Of a stretch of 64,000 nt of DNA, positions 34,687 through 44,600 are shown piece by piece. Under the pieces are notes generated by a model, which was not told the origin of the DNA, made no database searches, and worked only from the letters and a program-made list of their open reading frames with translations. Source of the DNA: an uncultured Chloroflexota bacterium (lineage in GTDB: Bacteria; Chloroflexota; Anaerolineae; Aggregatilineales; Phototrophicaceae); assembly GCA_903864435.1 (NCBI GenBank), contig CAIPFY010000373.1, positions 15,829-79,828 of the forward strand, given 5' to 3'. The position numbers and the translations under genes are program-made. Numbering within the stretch: the stretch's first letter is position 1; each line of letters begins with the position of its first letter.

Positions 34687-36401
34687 TGCGCTTCATTCGT
34701 AATCGTTTGCTGGCGGTTTCCTACCGCTATAACCCGATTGATGAACGGCGGGCACGGTTGCTGGTCGTCCTCAGCGGGGCGGGTTTCGTGGCGGCGGCGC
34801 TGTGGTTGCTGTTCGTTTTGCTGCCGTTTACCAGCTTCAGCGCGGCGGATCGTGTGAACAGCCTGCTGGCGGCGCTGCTCATTTTCGCCACCTGCGTGCT
34901 GGTGGTGCGCCTGACGCAAACCGGATCGCTGCGGGCGGCACGCTGGCTGTTCGTCGTCACGCTGGTGGTAATCGTGATGGTGAACGCCTTCCTGCAAGCG
35001 ACTACCGGCCTGAGCCTGAGTGGGACGGTCACGTTGACGCTGGCGCTGCCTGTCGTGGCGGCAGGCGTGTTGCTGGAACGGCGCGGCGTGCTGGGGGTGG
35101 GGATATGGACGGGCGTGATGGCGCTGGTGATGGCGTTGGGACAGTCGCAACTGGGACTGCCCGTGACCACCGTTCCGGCACGCACCGCGCCGTTCGACCT
35201 GCTGGTGACGCTCAATACGCTGGCGTTTATAACCGGCTTTCTGGTCGCCGCCACCGGCAGCATTGAGCGCCTCGCCAGTCGCGCCTTGTCGGACGCTCAA
35301 CAGCGCGAGTGGGTGACGGCTTTCGGCGCGGAATTGGCCGGCATCGAGGATGAAAACGCCTTGCTTTCGCGGGCACTCGTCCGTGTGCGCGAACGCTTGG
35401 GATACCTGTATGCGCAGGTGGCGCTGAGTGACGATGTAGGCATTCTGGCGCGGGCGCTGCGTACCGAGATGGGACAGCAGGATGCGGTGCCGCGTTCAAT
35501 GAACCGCCTGCCGGAGACGAATATTCTGGTGGAGGCAGCGCGTAAACAGAAAGCCTTTACCACTTCGCCCTCGGATTCTGCCAACCGCCGGGGGCATCTT
35601 GTGAGCGCCGCCCGTGCCGCCGCTGCGGTGCCGCTGGTGTTCAACGGGCAAACGTTGGGCGTGCTGGATGTGCAAAGCGGACAGGCCAACACCAACACCT
35701 TTGACGCAGGCGAACAAGGGTTGCTGCTGTTGCTGGCCGATCAGGTGGCACTGGCGCTGCACAATAGGCGCTTGCAGGCCGATTACCGCCGCGATTTGCA
35801 TGACCGCGACACGACGGTAGCGCGCCTCGAAACGCAGCTTCAGGAATACCGCCAGCGCGAACGGCGCGGCGTGAGCAGCACATGGGGCAACTATGTGCAG
35901 GGGCGCGGCAAGCAGGCCATCGGCTTCGATCTGGAAGCCGGGCAAATGCTCCCCGCCGAGGATTTGCCGCCGGATATTCGGCGCACGCTGTTGGCGGGTG
36001 ATATGCACGTCGAGGTGCGCGGGAACGAACAGATTGTGCATGTGCCGATCAAGTTCCGCGATACCACGCTGGGGGCGATGGCCTTTGTGCTGCCGCGTGA
36101 GCAACCGCTGACCGAGCGCGAACTGGAGATGACGCAAATCGTTTTGGAACGGCTGGCGCTGGCGCTGGAGAACACACGCTTGTTCGAGCAAAGTCGGGCG
36201 CAGGTGGTACGCGAGCGTAAGGCCAGCGAGATCAGCAGCCTGCTCATCGGCGCGACGGATGTTCGGGCGGTGCTTCATCTGGCCGCCGACCATTTCCGCG
36301 AGGCGTTGGGGGCGGTGCATACCCGCATCCTCATCCAACCGGATGCGCTGGTTGAACCGCTGGCGCCCCTTACGGGCGGCAGCAAGGAGGAATACCGATG
36401 A
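34683..36401 (+). CDS. GAF-array protein D: ~6-TM N-terminus, GAF, Trp-linker, short GAF-like module, C-terminal stub; no output domain
   Basis: ATGA overlap with C. GVLDVQS, LHNRRLQ; RERRGVSSTWGNYV; VHVPIKFRDTTLGAMAFVL; NTRLFEQSR; ends ...FREALGAVHTRILIQ. Confidence 0.8.
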   Translation: MMRFIRNRLLAVSYRYNPIDERRARLLVVLSGAGFVAAALWLLFVLLPFTSFSAADRVNSLLAALLIFATCVLVVRLTQTGSLRAARWLFVVTLVVIVMVNAFLQATTGLSLSGTVTLTLALPVVAAGVLLERRGVLGVGIWTGVMALVMALGQSQLGLPVTTVPARTAPFDLLVTLNTLAFITGFLVAATGSIERLASRALSDAQQREWVTAFGAELAGIEDENALLSRALVRVRERLGYLYAQVALSDDVGILARALRTEMGQQDAVPRSMNRLPETNILVEAARKQKAFTTSPSDSANRRGHLVSAARAAAAVPLVFNGQTLGVLDVQSGQANTNTFDAGEQGLLLLLADQVALALHNRRLQADYRRDLHDRDTTVARLETQLQEYRQRERRGVSSTWGNYVQGRGKQAIGFDLEAGQMLPAEDLPPDIRRTLLAGDMHVEVRGNEQIVHVPIKFRDTTLGAMAFVLPREQPLTERELEMTQIVLERLALALENTRLFEQSRAQVVRERKASEISSLLIGATDVRAVLHLAADHFREALGAVHTRILIQPDALVEPLAPLTGGSKEEYR

Positions 36402-38632
36402 AGGCGCTACTGCGCATGTTGAATATCCTCCACTGGCCGCTGTGGTTGAAGCTCAGTGCCGGTTTCTTGGTGGCGGTGGCGATACCCGTCGGGCTGATTC
36501 TGCTGCTGGTACAAAGCGGCTTGAGCCAGATCGGGGCGCAAACGCTGGTAGACCATCTGCGGGAACGCGGGGCGCTTCAGCGGCAGTCCATCATTGCCGA
36601 CCTCGATCAATCGCAGGTGGCACTCTCCTCGCTGCTGACTTCACCGGACTACCGCCGCCAGATGTTGCGCCTGTTTTCGCCGGGCGGGTTCACGCCGCTG
36701 AATGCGCGAACGGTGGCGCTCACGCTGCAAAGCGCCCTGATCGGTTCCGGCAAGTTCGAGCGATTCCGCCTGTTGAGCGTGGACGGGCAGGTGATGGCAC
36801 AAGCCACCAGTACCGCCGTGCTGGAAGCCGGCCTGTTCGATTATGGTTCGCCTACCTTTTTGCAAGCGGTGGTGAACGCCCTTTCGCAAAACCTCGACAA
36901 GACGCTCACGGTGGCGGCGGGCGACCCGCTGGTGATTGAAATGGCTTACGCCCTGCGCGATGATTCCAGCCAAACGTTGGGCTTCTTGATCGGCACGCTG
37001 GATGTGCAGCGCGTTTTGCTATCACATTTGAACCTGAGCGAAGACACCTACCCGCTGTATTCGTATCTGGTGACGACGGGTAAAGATCAAATCACGCTGA
37101 ATCTGCCGGAGGCCGGGGAACAGGTCAGCGCGTCGCAGCGCAATTCGCCGGCGTTGCAGCGGGCGTTACAAGGTGCGGCGGGACTCGACACCTACCGCGT
37201 GGGTACGGGAGCCGGTCAATCCGTAGTGGGGTATTACAGCACCATCCCCAACCCCGCCAACCCCGATTTGAACCTGTTCGCGCTGGTGACGGAAGTGAGC
37301 GCCACAACAGCGGTGTTGCAGGCCAATTCGTACTTCGGGGGGGCGCGTTTGTTCCCGATGGTGGTGGGGCTGCTGGCGCTGTTAGGGGCGCTGGTGCTGT
37401 TGTTCCACCAGATCATCGCGCCGCCGCTGCAAACCCTGCGGCGGGCGATCCGGGGGATGGCGGCAGGCGATTTTAACGCGCCGCTGTCTGGCTTGGGGCG
37501 CGGGGACGAAATCGGTGCGCTGAATGCGGCCTTTGTGGATATGCGCGTGCAGGTGCGCACGCTGCTGGACGATTTGAATGCGCGTGTAGCTGACCGTTCG
37601 CGTGATATTAGCGCCACGCAGGAGATCAGCCGTTATGCGGTGAGCGAGCGCAATCTGCAAATCCTGATGAATCAGGTGGTGCAGTTGATTATCGAGAAGT
37701 TCCCCAACATCTATCACGCGCAGATTTTCCTGCTGGACGTTGACCGGCGCTATGCGGTGCTGCGTGCCAGTACGGGCGCACCCGGTCGGTTGCTGCTGGC
37801 GCGGGGACACCGTTTGGAAGTGGGCAGCGTGAGCGTGATCGGGCAGGTGGTGGAGCAGCGGCAAACGGTGGTCGCCCGTGATACTACAACCAGCGCGGTG
37901 CATAAGCGCAACGAGTTCTTGCCAGAGACGCGGGCGGAACTGGCGATCCCGCTGCGGGTGGGTGAGCAGGTGATCGGTGCGCTGGATGTGCAAAGCAAGC
38001 AGAGCGACAGTTTCAGCGACGACGAAATCACCGTTCTGCAAATTATGGCGGATCAGGTGGCGGTGGCGCTGGAAAACGCCCGTTTGTATCAAGAATCGGT
38101 GCGCCGCCTCGAAGAAGTGGATCGCGCCAACCGTCAGGCGACCACGCACACATGGCAGGAATATATCTACGGACAGCGCCAGCGGCACTTGAACAGCGAG
38201 TCCGGCGTGGCGACGGGCGAGGATTTGTCCGAACTGCGGCGGCGTGCCATCGCACAGGGCAAGCCCGTCATTGGCGAGGCCACGCAGCAGGGCATCACGC
38301 CGATTGCGGTGCCGATTCAACTGCGCGGGCAAACGCTGGGCGCGGTGGAATGGGAACTGCCCACCGCTGATCTGGACGACAACAAACTGGCGCTGGCGCA
38401 GGAATTGGCGAACCGTCTGGCCGTCAGTCTGGATAACGCACGTTTGTTCCAGGAAAGCCAGCGGGCGGCAGAACGCGAGCGCGTGGTGAGCGCCATCGCC
38501 GCCAAGCTCACGCCGCAGACCGAAATCAACGACATTTTGCAGACGGCAGTACGCGAAGTGGGTCAGGTTTTGCGGGCGCCGCAGGTCACAATCCGGTTGC
38601 ACGGCGGCACGACCAACGGGAAACAAGACTGA
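36398..38632 (+). CDS. GAF-array protein E: TM - Cache-like extracytoplasmic domain - TM - HAMP - GAF - Trp-linker - short GAF-like module - stub; no output domain
   Basis: ATGA overlap with D. Two TM helices bracket ~290 aa. HAMP (PLQTLRRAIRGMAAGDFNAPL...DEIGALNAAF). HAQIFLLDV, HKRNEFLPETRAELAIPL, GALDVQS, ENARLYQES; THTWQEYI; IAVPIQLRGQTLGAVEWE; NARLFQESQ; ends ...VGQVLRAPQVTIRLHG. It parallels the first ~740 aa of F. Confidence 0.8.
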   Translation: MKALLRMLNILHWPLWLKLSAGFLVAVAIPVGLILLLVQSGLSQIGAQTLVDHLRERGALQRQSIIADLDQSQVALSSLLTSPDYRRQMLRLFSPGGFTPLNARTVALTLQSALIGSGKFERFRLLSVDGQVMAQATSTAVLEAGLFDYGSPTFLQAVVNALSQNLDKTLTVAAGDPLVIEMAYALRDDSSQTLGFLIGTLDVQRVLLSHLNLSEDTYPLYSYLVTTGKDQITLNLPEAGEQVSASQRNSPALQRALQGAAGLDTYRVGTGAGQSVVGYYSTIPNPANPDLNLFALVTEVSATTAVLQANSYFGGARLFPMVVGLLALLGALVLLFHQIIAPPLQTLRRAIRGMAAGDFNAPLSGLGRGDEIGALNAAFVDMRVQVRTLLDDLNARVADRSRDISATQEISRYAVSERNLQILMNQVVQLIIEKFPNIYHAQIFLLDVDRRYAVLRASTGAPGRLLLARGHRLEVGSVSVIGQVVEQRQTVVARDTTTSAVHKRNEFLPETRAELAIPLRVGEQVIGALDVQSKQSDSFSDDEITVLQIMADQVAVALENARLYQESVRRLEEVDRANRQATTHTWQEYIYGQRQRHLNSESGVATGEDLSELRRRAIAQGKPVIGEATQQGITPIAVPIQLRGQTLGAVEWELPTADLDDNKLALAQELANRLAVSLDNARLFQESQRAAERERVVSAIAAKLTPQTEINDILQTAVREVGQVLRAPQVTIRLHGGTTNGKQD

Positions 38633-38649
38633 GCGAGGGATCACAGGGA

Positions 38650-41600
38650 ATGGTGTTCAAAACGCCGCGCATCGAACGCAATCTTCCGCTGCATCAGCAG
38701 ATTATGCGCCGGATCGCTCCGATTCTGGCGCTGGTGTTCGTGCTGTTTGCACTGGCAGGCGCTTTTCTGCTGTACAACGGCAGCACGGTCAGCATCCAGC
38801 AGCAGCACTTTCAACTGCTGACGGAACGCTCCCGCGAGGTGGAATCGCTGCTGGAGCAGGTGTCCGCAGATGCCAGCGCACTGGCCGGACGCGCCCCAGC
38901 GCTGGCCTTCGCGGAGGAAGCTGTCGCCGAAGTGGATGCCAACCCCGGCAGCGCCACGCTCAACCAGTTTGAGCTTCAGCGTGATTTCCTGCGCCTGTTG
39001 AACGAACGCAGCGGGCAGTATGAGCAGGTGCGCTTCGTCACCGTTACAGGGTCGGTCTGGACAGCGGTGAGCGTGAACAACGGCGTGCTGAACACCGATT
39101 TGCGCCTGAAACCGGCAGAACTGAAAAATGATCGCGTGTTTCAGAACAGCCTGAACACAGCGCGGGTGACGTTTAGCCCGATCACGCTCCGCACGGACAC
39201 GGCGGGCGCATCGCGCATTGTGATGGTGGCCTATGCGCCGGTGGCTGATCTGGCGATGGGCGGGCAGATTATCGGCGTGGTGGAACTGACCGTTTCGGCG
39301 CGTCCGCTGCTAGATCGCCTGCGTACCCTCCCCGGTCAGGACTATATGCGCTGGATTCTGCTGAACAATCAGGGGCGCTATCTGGCAGACAGCAACGCGC
39401 TGCGTTTGGGCGCGGTGGATCAAAACACGTATCAGCCGTTAGCCGACATTGAGCCGGCACTGGATGCACTGCTCGGTGAGCATGGCAGCGATGTACCGCT
39501 GCGATTCCTCGGCGGGGACGCGGTTTCGGCAGTCGGGATTAACGCGGGCAATGTGCCGGATATGCCGTGGTCGCTGGTGCTGGTGGAACCGGACGCGCTA
39601 GGGATGGCCGGCTTCTGGGGCGGGCTGCTGCTGCTGGCGCTGGTCAGCGGGGTCGGCATCGCGCTCACGGTCTGGGGCATCAACGCGGCGCTGCGCCACC
39701 GCCTCGCACCGTTGACGACTGCGCGGGCGATGGCGCACCGGCTGGCGGAAGGCGAGGTGGAAGACACCCTCACGCCACCAGCGGCGAATGCGGATGAACT
39801 GACGATGCTGATGGACGCTTTCAAGCGCATTTCGCTGCGGCTGCACGAGATGTCGCTCGATCTGGATGAACAGACGCAGCGCCGCGCCCGTGTGCTGGAA
39901 TCCGCGTTGAAAGTCACGCGGGGGGTGTCTGCCAGCGATGACGCGCTAGGGCTGCTGCGGCGGGCGGTAGATTTGATCGCCGATGAATTTCATTTGTACT
40001 ACGTGCAGGCCTTCGTTCTTGATGATGTGGGCTTGAACGCTGTGCTGGTGTACGGGCGCGGCGAAACCGGGCAGGCGCTGGTGGAACAGGGCTACCGTGT
40101 GCTGGTCGGGTCGCCCACCGTAGTCGGCTATGTCACCCGCGTGGGCGAGATGGCATACCTGCCGGATGTGGGCATCCCGGATGATATTCCGTATGTGTCG
40201 CACTCGCGCCTGCTGGATACCCGCGCTGAACTGGCGCTGCCGCTGCGGGCGGATAATCAGCTACTAGGTGTGCTGGATTTGCACAGTAGCCGCCCCCGCG
40301 CCATTCAAGCGGACGAGGCGCAGTTGTTCCAGATGATCGCCGATCAACTGGCGGTGGCGCTGCTCAAAACGCGCCAACTGGCACAGGCCGAGCAACGCGC
40401 ACAGCAAACCGAATTCACCAGCCGTCAATCGGTGCGCGGCACATGGGACGAGGCCGAGCGCCGTCACCAACTGACCGCATCGTACCGCTACGATCTGGTC
40501 AATGTGGAGTCCACCACCGGGGACGGCAATATCGCCGCCCTGAGCGCCCCGATTGTGATTCGTGGCGAAGTGGTGGGGACGATTGCCGCCGCCGCGCCGG
40601 AAGGGTTGCCCTTTACCGAAGGCGATCATGCCACTCTGAAGGCTGTGGCTGACCGTGTGGCGCTGGCGATGGAAGGGGCGCGGCTGTTTCAGGAAACGCA
40701 GACCGGCTTGGCTGTCACCTCCACCCTGTACAACCTCAGCCGCCATCTGAACGAGGCGGAACACCTGCGGGACATTATTCAAGCGGTGGTCGTCACCATC
40801 GCGCCGGATGCCAGCGGCGGGCAAATCTGGCTGTTCGATGAGTACGCGCCGGGGACTGCGCCCAAGGCGCTGGAACTGTATACCGATTGGTCATTCCGCC
40901 CGCGCACCCTTGCCGGACGGCTGGAAGGCACGCGCTTCCAGATGGTCGACTCGCTGTTCCTGAGCGCACTGGAACCTAGCCGCGTGCAGACAATTACGGA
41001 TGTGAGCCGTGACCGCCGTCTGGATGACTCGCTGCGGGCCTTTTTCGCGCAGCTTGAAGCGCGGTCGGTGGCGCTGGTGCCGGTCAGTGTGCGCGGTCAG
41101 TGGCGCGGTCTGCTGATGATCGAGTTTAACCAGCCGCGAGACTTCAGCGAGAGCGAAGGCCGCGCCTTCAGCGCCCTGATGGATCAGGCGGGTGTGGCGA
41201 TAGACAACCGCTTGCTGTTCGATGCGGCGCAGTCTGAAGCGCAGCGGGCGCTGGCGCTGGCGGAAGTCGGTCAGTTGGCGACGCGGGTCAGCGGTCAGTT
41301 CGACCAAGCGATTAGCGAAGTGTTCGAGCGTGTGGCTGAACCCGCCCAGTATGATCGCTGGTTGCTGGTGCTGGTGGATGAGGAAACCCCGAACCATTTG
41401 CGGGTGGTGACGCGCCATTCGCCAGAAGGGTTGGAAACAGCCGCCGAAGCGGTCTTTGATCTGGAAACGGGCGAACATTCGATTATGGACGCGGTGCGGC
41501 AGAACGTGGTGCTGCTGGTGAACGACCCCGCCAGTTATCCGGCCTTTCGTTACCGGGGCGGCGCGGCTATCGCGGCGGTGGGCAAGCACATCGCCACGCC

Positions 41601-44600
41601 TATCCGCGTGGGCGACCGCGTGGCGGGGGCGCTGCTGGTCGGGCGCGGGCTGGATCGGGCTGATCTGGACGAGCGCGACGAGCAGCTAGTACGCACCCTG
41701 ACGGCACAGTTGGCGGTGGCAGTAGATAACCGCCGCCTGTTCCGCGTCGCCGAAGAAGAACGCGCTTATTTGCGCTCGATCCTCGAAACCATGCCGACGG
41801 GCGTGGTGGTGCTGGACGCGCACACCTTCTACCCGATTCAGGCGAACGCGCAGGCCGAATGGCTACTGGGCAAACCGATTAACCTCGATGTCCGGTTTGA
41901 TGTGGCGGAATACAACCTGATACGTACCGGCACGCAGGCGCTGTACCCGATGAGCGATCTGGCGATTTTCCGCGCCGCGAACGGTCAGGTGGAAGAAAAC
42001 GACGATCTTTCGATCCAGTATGCCGACGGGACGCAAACCGACTTGCTGCTGAATGCCGCGCCGATTCGCAACCCACGCGGCGACATTGACACGATTGTGG
42101 CGGCTTTTCAGGACATCAAGACGCTGCGGACGATGGAGAACACGCTGCAAAATACGCTGCGTGACCAGATTGCGCTGTACGAAACCACGCGAACCCTCGC
42201 CAACGCGCCGGATGTGGAGTCCGCGCTGGATGCCACGCTTATGCCGCTGGTCGTCCTCGAACCTACGGATGCCTATATCGTGCTGACCGATCCGGTCACG
42301 AACGTTCAGACTGTGGTGCGTGCGCTGGTGGATCTGGCGGCTTTCAATCTGCCGCCGGACGTGTTTACCCCCGAAATGGTCATTTACCCGGACATCGAGG
42401 GCGCGGCGCTAGGCCGGGGGATGAAGGCCGCGCTGCTGGCGGGCGGCGTGGCGGCGGTGGTGACGGTGCCGCTGCGCGCCCGTGACACGCTGATGGGATG
42501 GGTGGCGCTGACGTTTGACCATCCGGTAGAAATGACCCCCGATAACGAACGCTTCCTTAGCACCCTAGCCGACAACGCGGCGGTGGCGCTGGACAACCGT
42601 AACCTGTTCATGGGGACGCAAATGGCGTTTCAGGAAGCGCGCACGCTGTACGAAATCAGCCGCGCACTGGCGAACGCCACCGAACCGCAGCAGGTGGTAC
42701 AGGCGGTGGTCACTCGTTTGAACCAGTCGCACATCACGCAGGTGGTGATGGCGGTTCCTGCCAGCCTGAACCCCGAACTGGACTCGCTGCTGGTGGTTTC
42801 GCACTGGCAGCGTGAAGGGTCGCAGAGCATCAGCCTCGAAGGGCTGACGCTGAACGCCGAGCAGTTCCCGGCGTGGCGGTTGGTGGCGTCGCCCGAATTG
42901 CTCACGCTGGACGATGCCGAAACCGATCCGACTATGGACGCCATCGAGCGCATGGGCTTGAGCAGCATTGACGCCCGTTCGCTGGCTGTTCTGCCGCTGC
43001 GTGCCGGTACGCGGCGCATCGGTGCGCTCTGGCTGTCCTCTGACCAGCCATACACCTACACCGAGCGCGATCACCGCATCTATCAGTCCTTCATCGAACA
43101 GGCCTCCCTCTCGATAGAAGCCGGACGCCTCGTTCAGCAAACCGAGCGCCGCGCCCGCCAGTTGGCGACCTCGGCGCAGGTCAGCCAGATCGCCAGCTCA
43201 ATCCTTGACCTGAACGAACTGCTGCCGCAAATCGTGGTGATGATCCGCGACGCCTTCGGGTACGACCATGTGCAGGTGTTCCTGATGGACGCGGCGGACG
43301 AGTATGCGGTGCTGCGTGCCAGCACCGGCGAGGCCGGACGGCAACTTCTGGCGATTAACCACAAACTCGCTAAAGGTTCTAAATCGGTCATCGGGACGGT
43401 GACAGCCACCAAAGAGCCGACAATCGCGCTGGACACGGCAGATGCGCGGGTCGTCCATAGACCGAACCGTTACCTGCCGCTGACGCGCTCCGAAATGGCG
43501 CTGCCACTCGTCCTGAAAGATCAGGTGGTGGGTGCGCTGGATGTGCAGTCCAACACACCGAACGCCTTTAGCGATGAAGATGTGGAAGTGCTGACCACGC
43601 TGGCGGCGCAAATCTCGGTGGCGCTGGACAATGCCCGCCTGTTCGAGCAGACGCAGAACCGTATGCGCGATATGAGCTTCCTGTTTGAAGCCACGTCAGC
43701 GGCGGCGGCCCCGGACAAATCGCTCTCCGAGGCGCTGCAAGATGTGGCTGACCGTGTGCGTGGGGCGCTGGATGTGTTGAGCGCCACCCTGTACCTGATC
43801 GAAGAATACGAAGACCCGTCCGGCGAGGTTCACCAGATGTTGCGGGCGTTCGCTCTCTCCGGTTCCGACCAGCCGTTGAGCGAACTGTCTGAAATTCAAC
43901 TGGACAGCAGCGTCAACGTTCTCAGCCGCGTGGTGAAGGAACAGCAACCGCGCCTGATTGATGTGGCGCGGGAACGCGGCTACATGGCGATTCATCCCGA
44001 TGCTGTTGCCGCCGCCGCTGCCCCGTTGACCAGCGGCGCTCAAGCCGTCGGCGTGGTGGTGGTAGAGGACAGCCGTTTGAACGCCTTCAGTGAGGACACC
44101 ACCCGCCTGCTGATGACGCTCACCAACAGCCTTTCGGCCATCGTGCAGAGCGCCCATCTGCTAGAACAGATGCAAAAGCAAAACCTTCAGCTGCGCGAAC
44201 TCGATCGTTTGAAAAGCGATTTCCTCGCCAACATGAGCCACGAATTGCGTACCCCGCTGAACTCGATCATCGGGTTCAGCCGCATCATCCTGAAGGGCGT
44301 GGACGGCCCCCTGACCGAAATGCAGGAACAGGATTTGAGTACGATCCACACCAGCGGCACGCATCTGCTGGGGCTGATTAATGACATTCTCGATCAGGCC
44401 AAGATCAGTTCTGGCAAGATGTCGGTTCACAGTGAATACTTCGAGATCAAGCCGGTGGTGGAAGGGGTGCGCTCGATTGGTATTGGCCTTGTGAAAGACA
44501 AATCGGTGGAGATCAAGCTGGAAGTGTCCTCCGGCCTGCCCCCGTGCTACGGTGACGAAATGCGCGTGCGGCAGGTGCTTCTGAACCTCGTGTCGAATGC

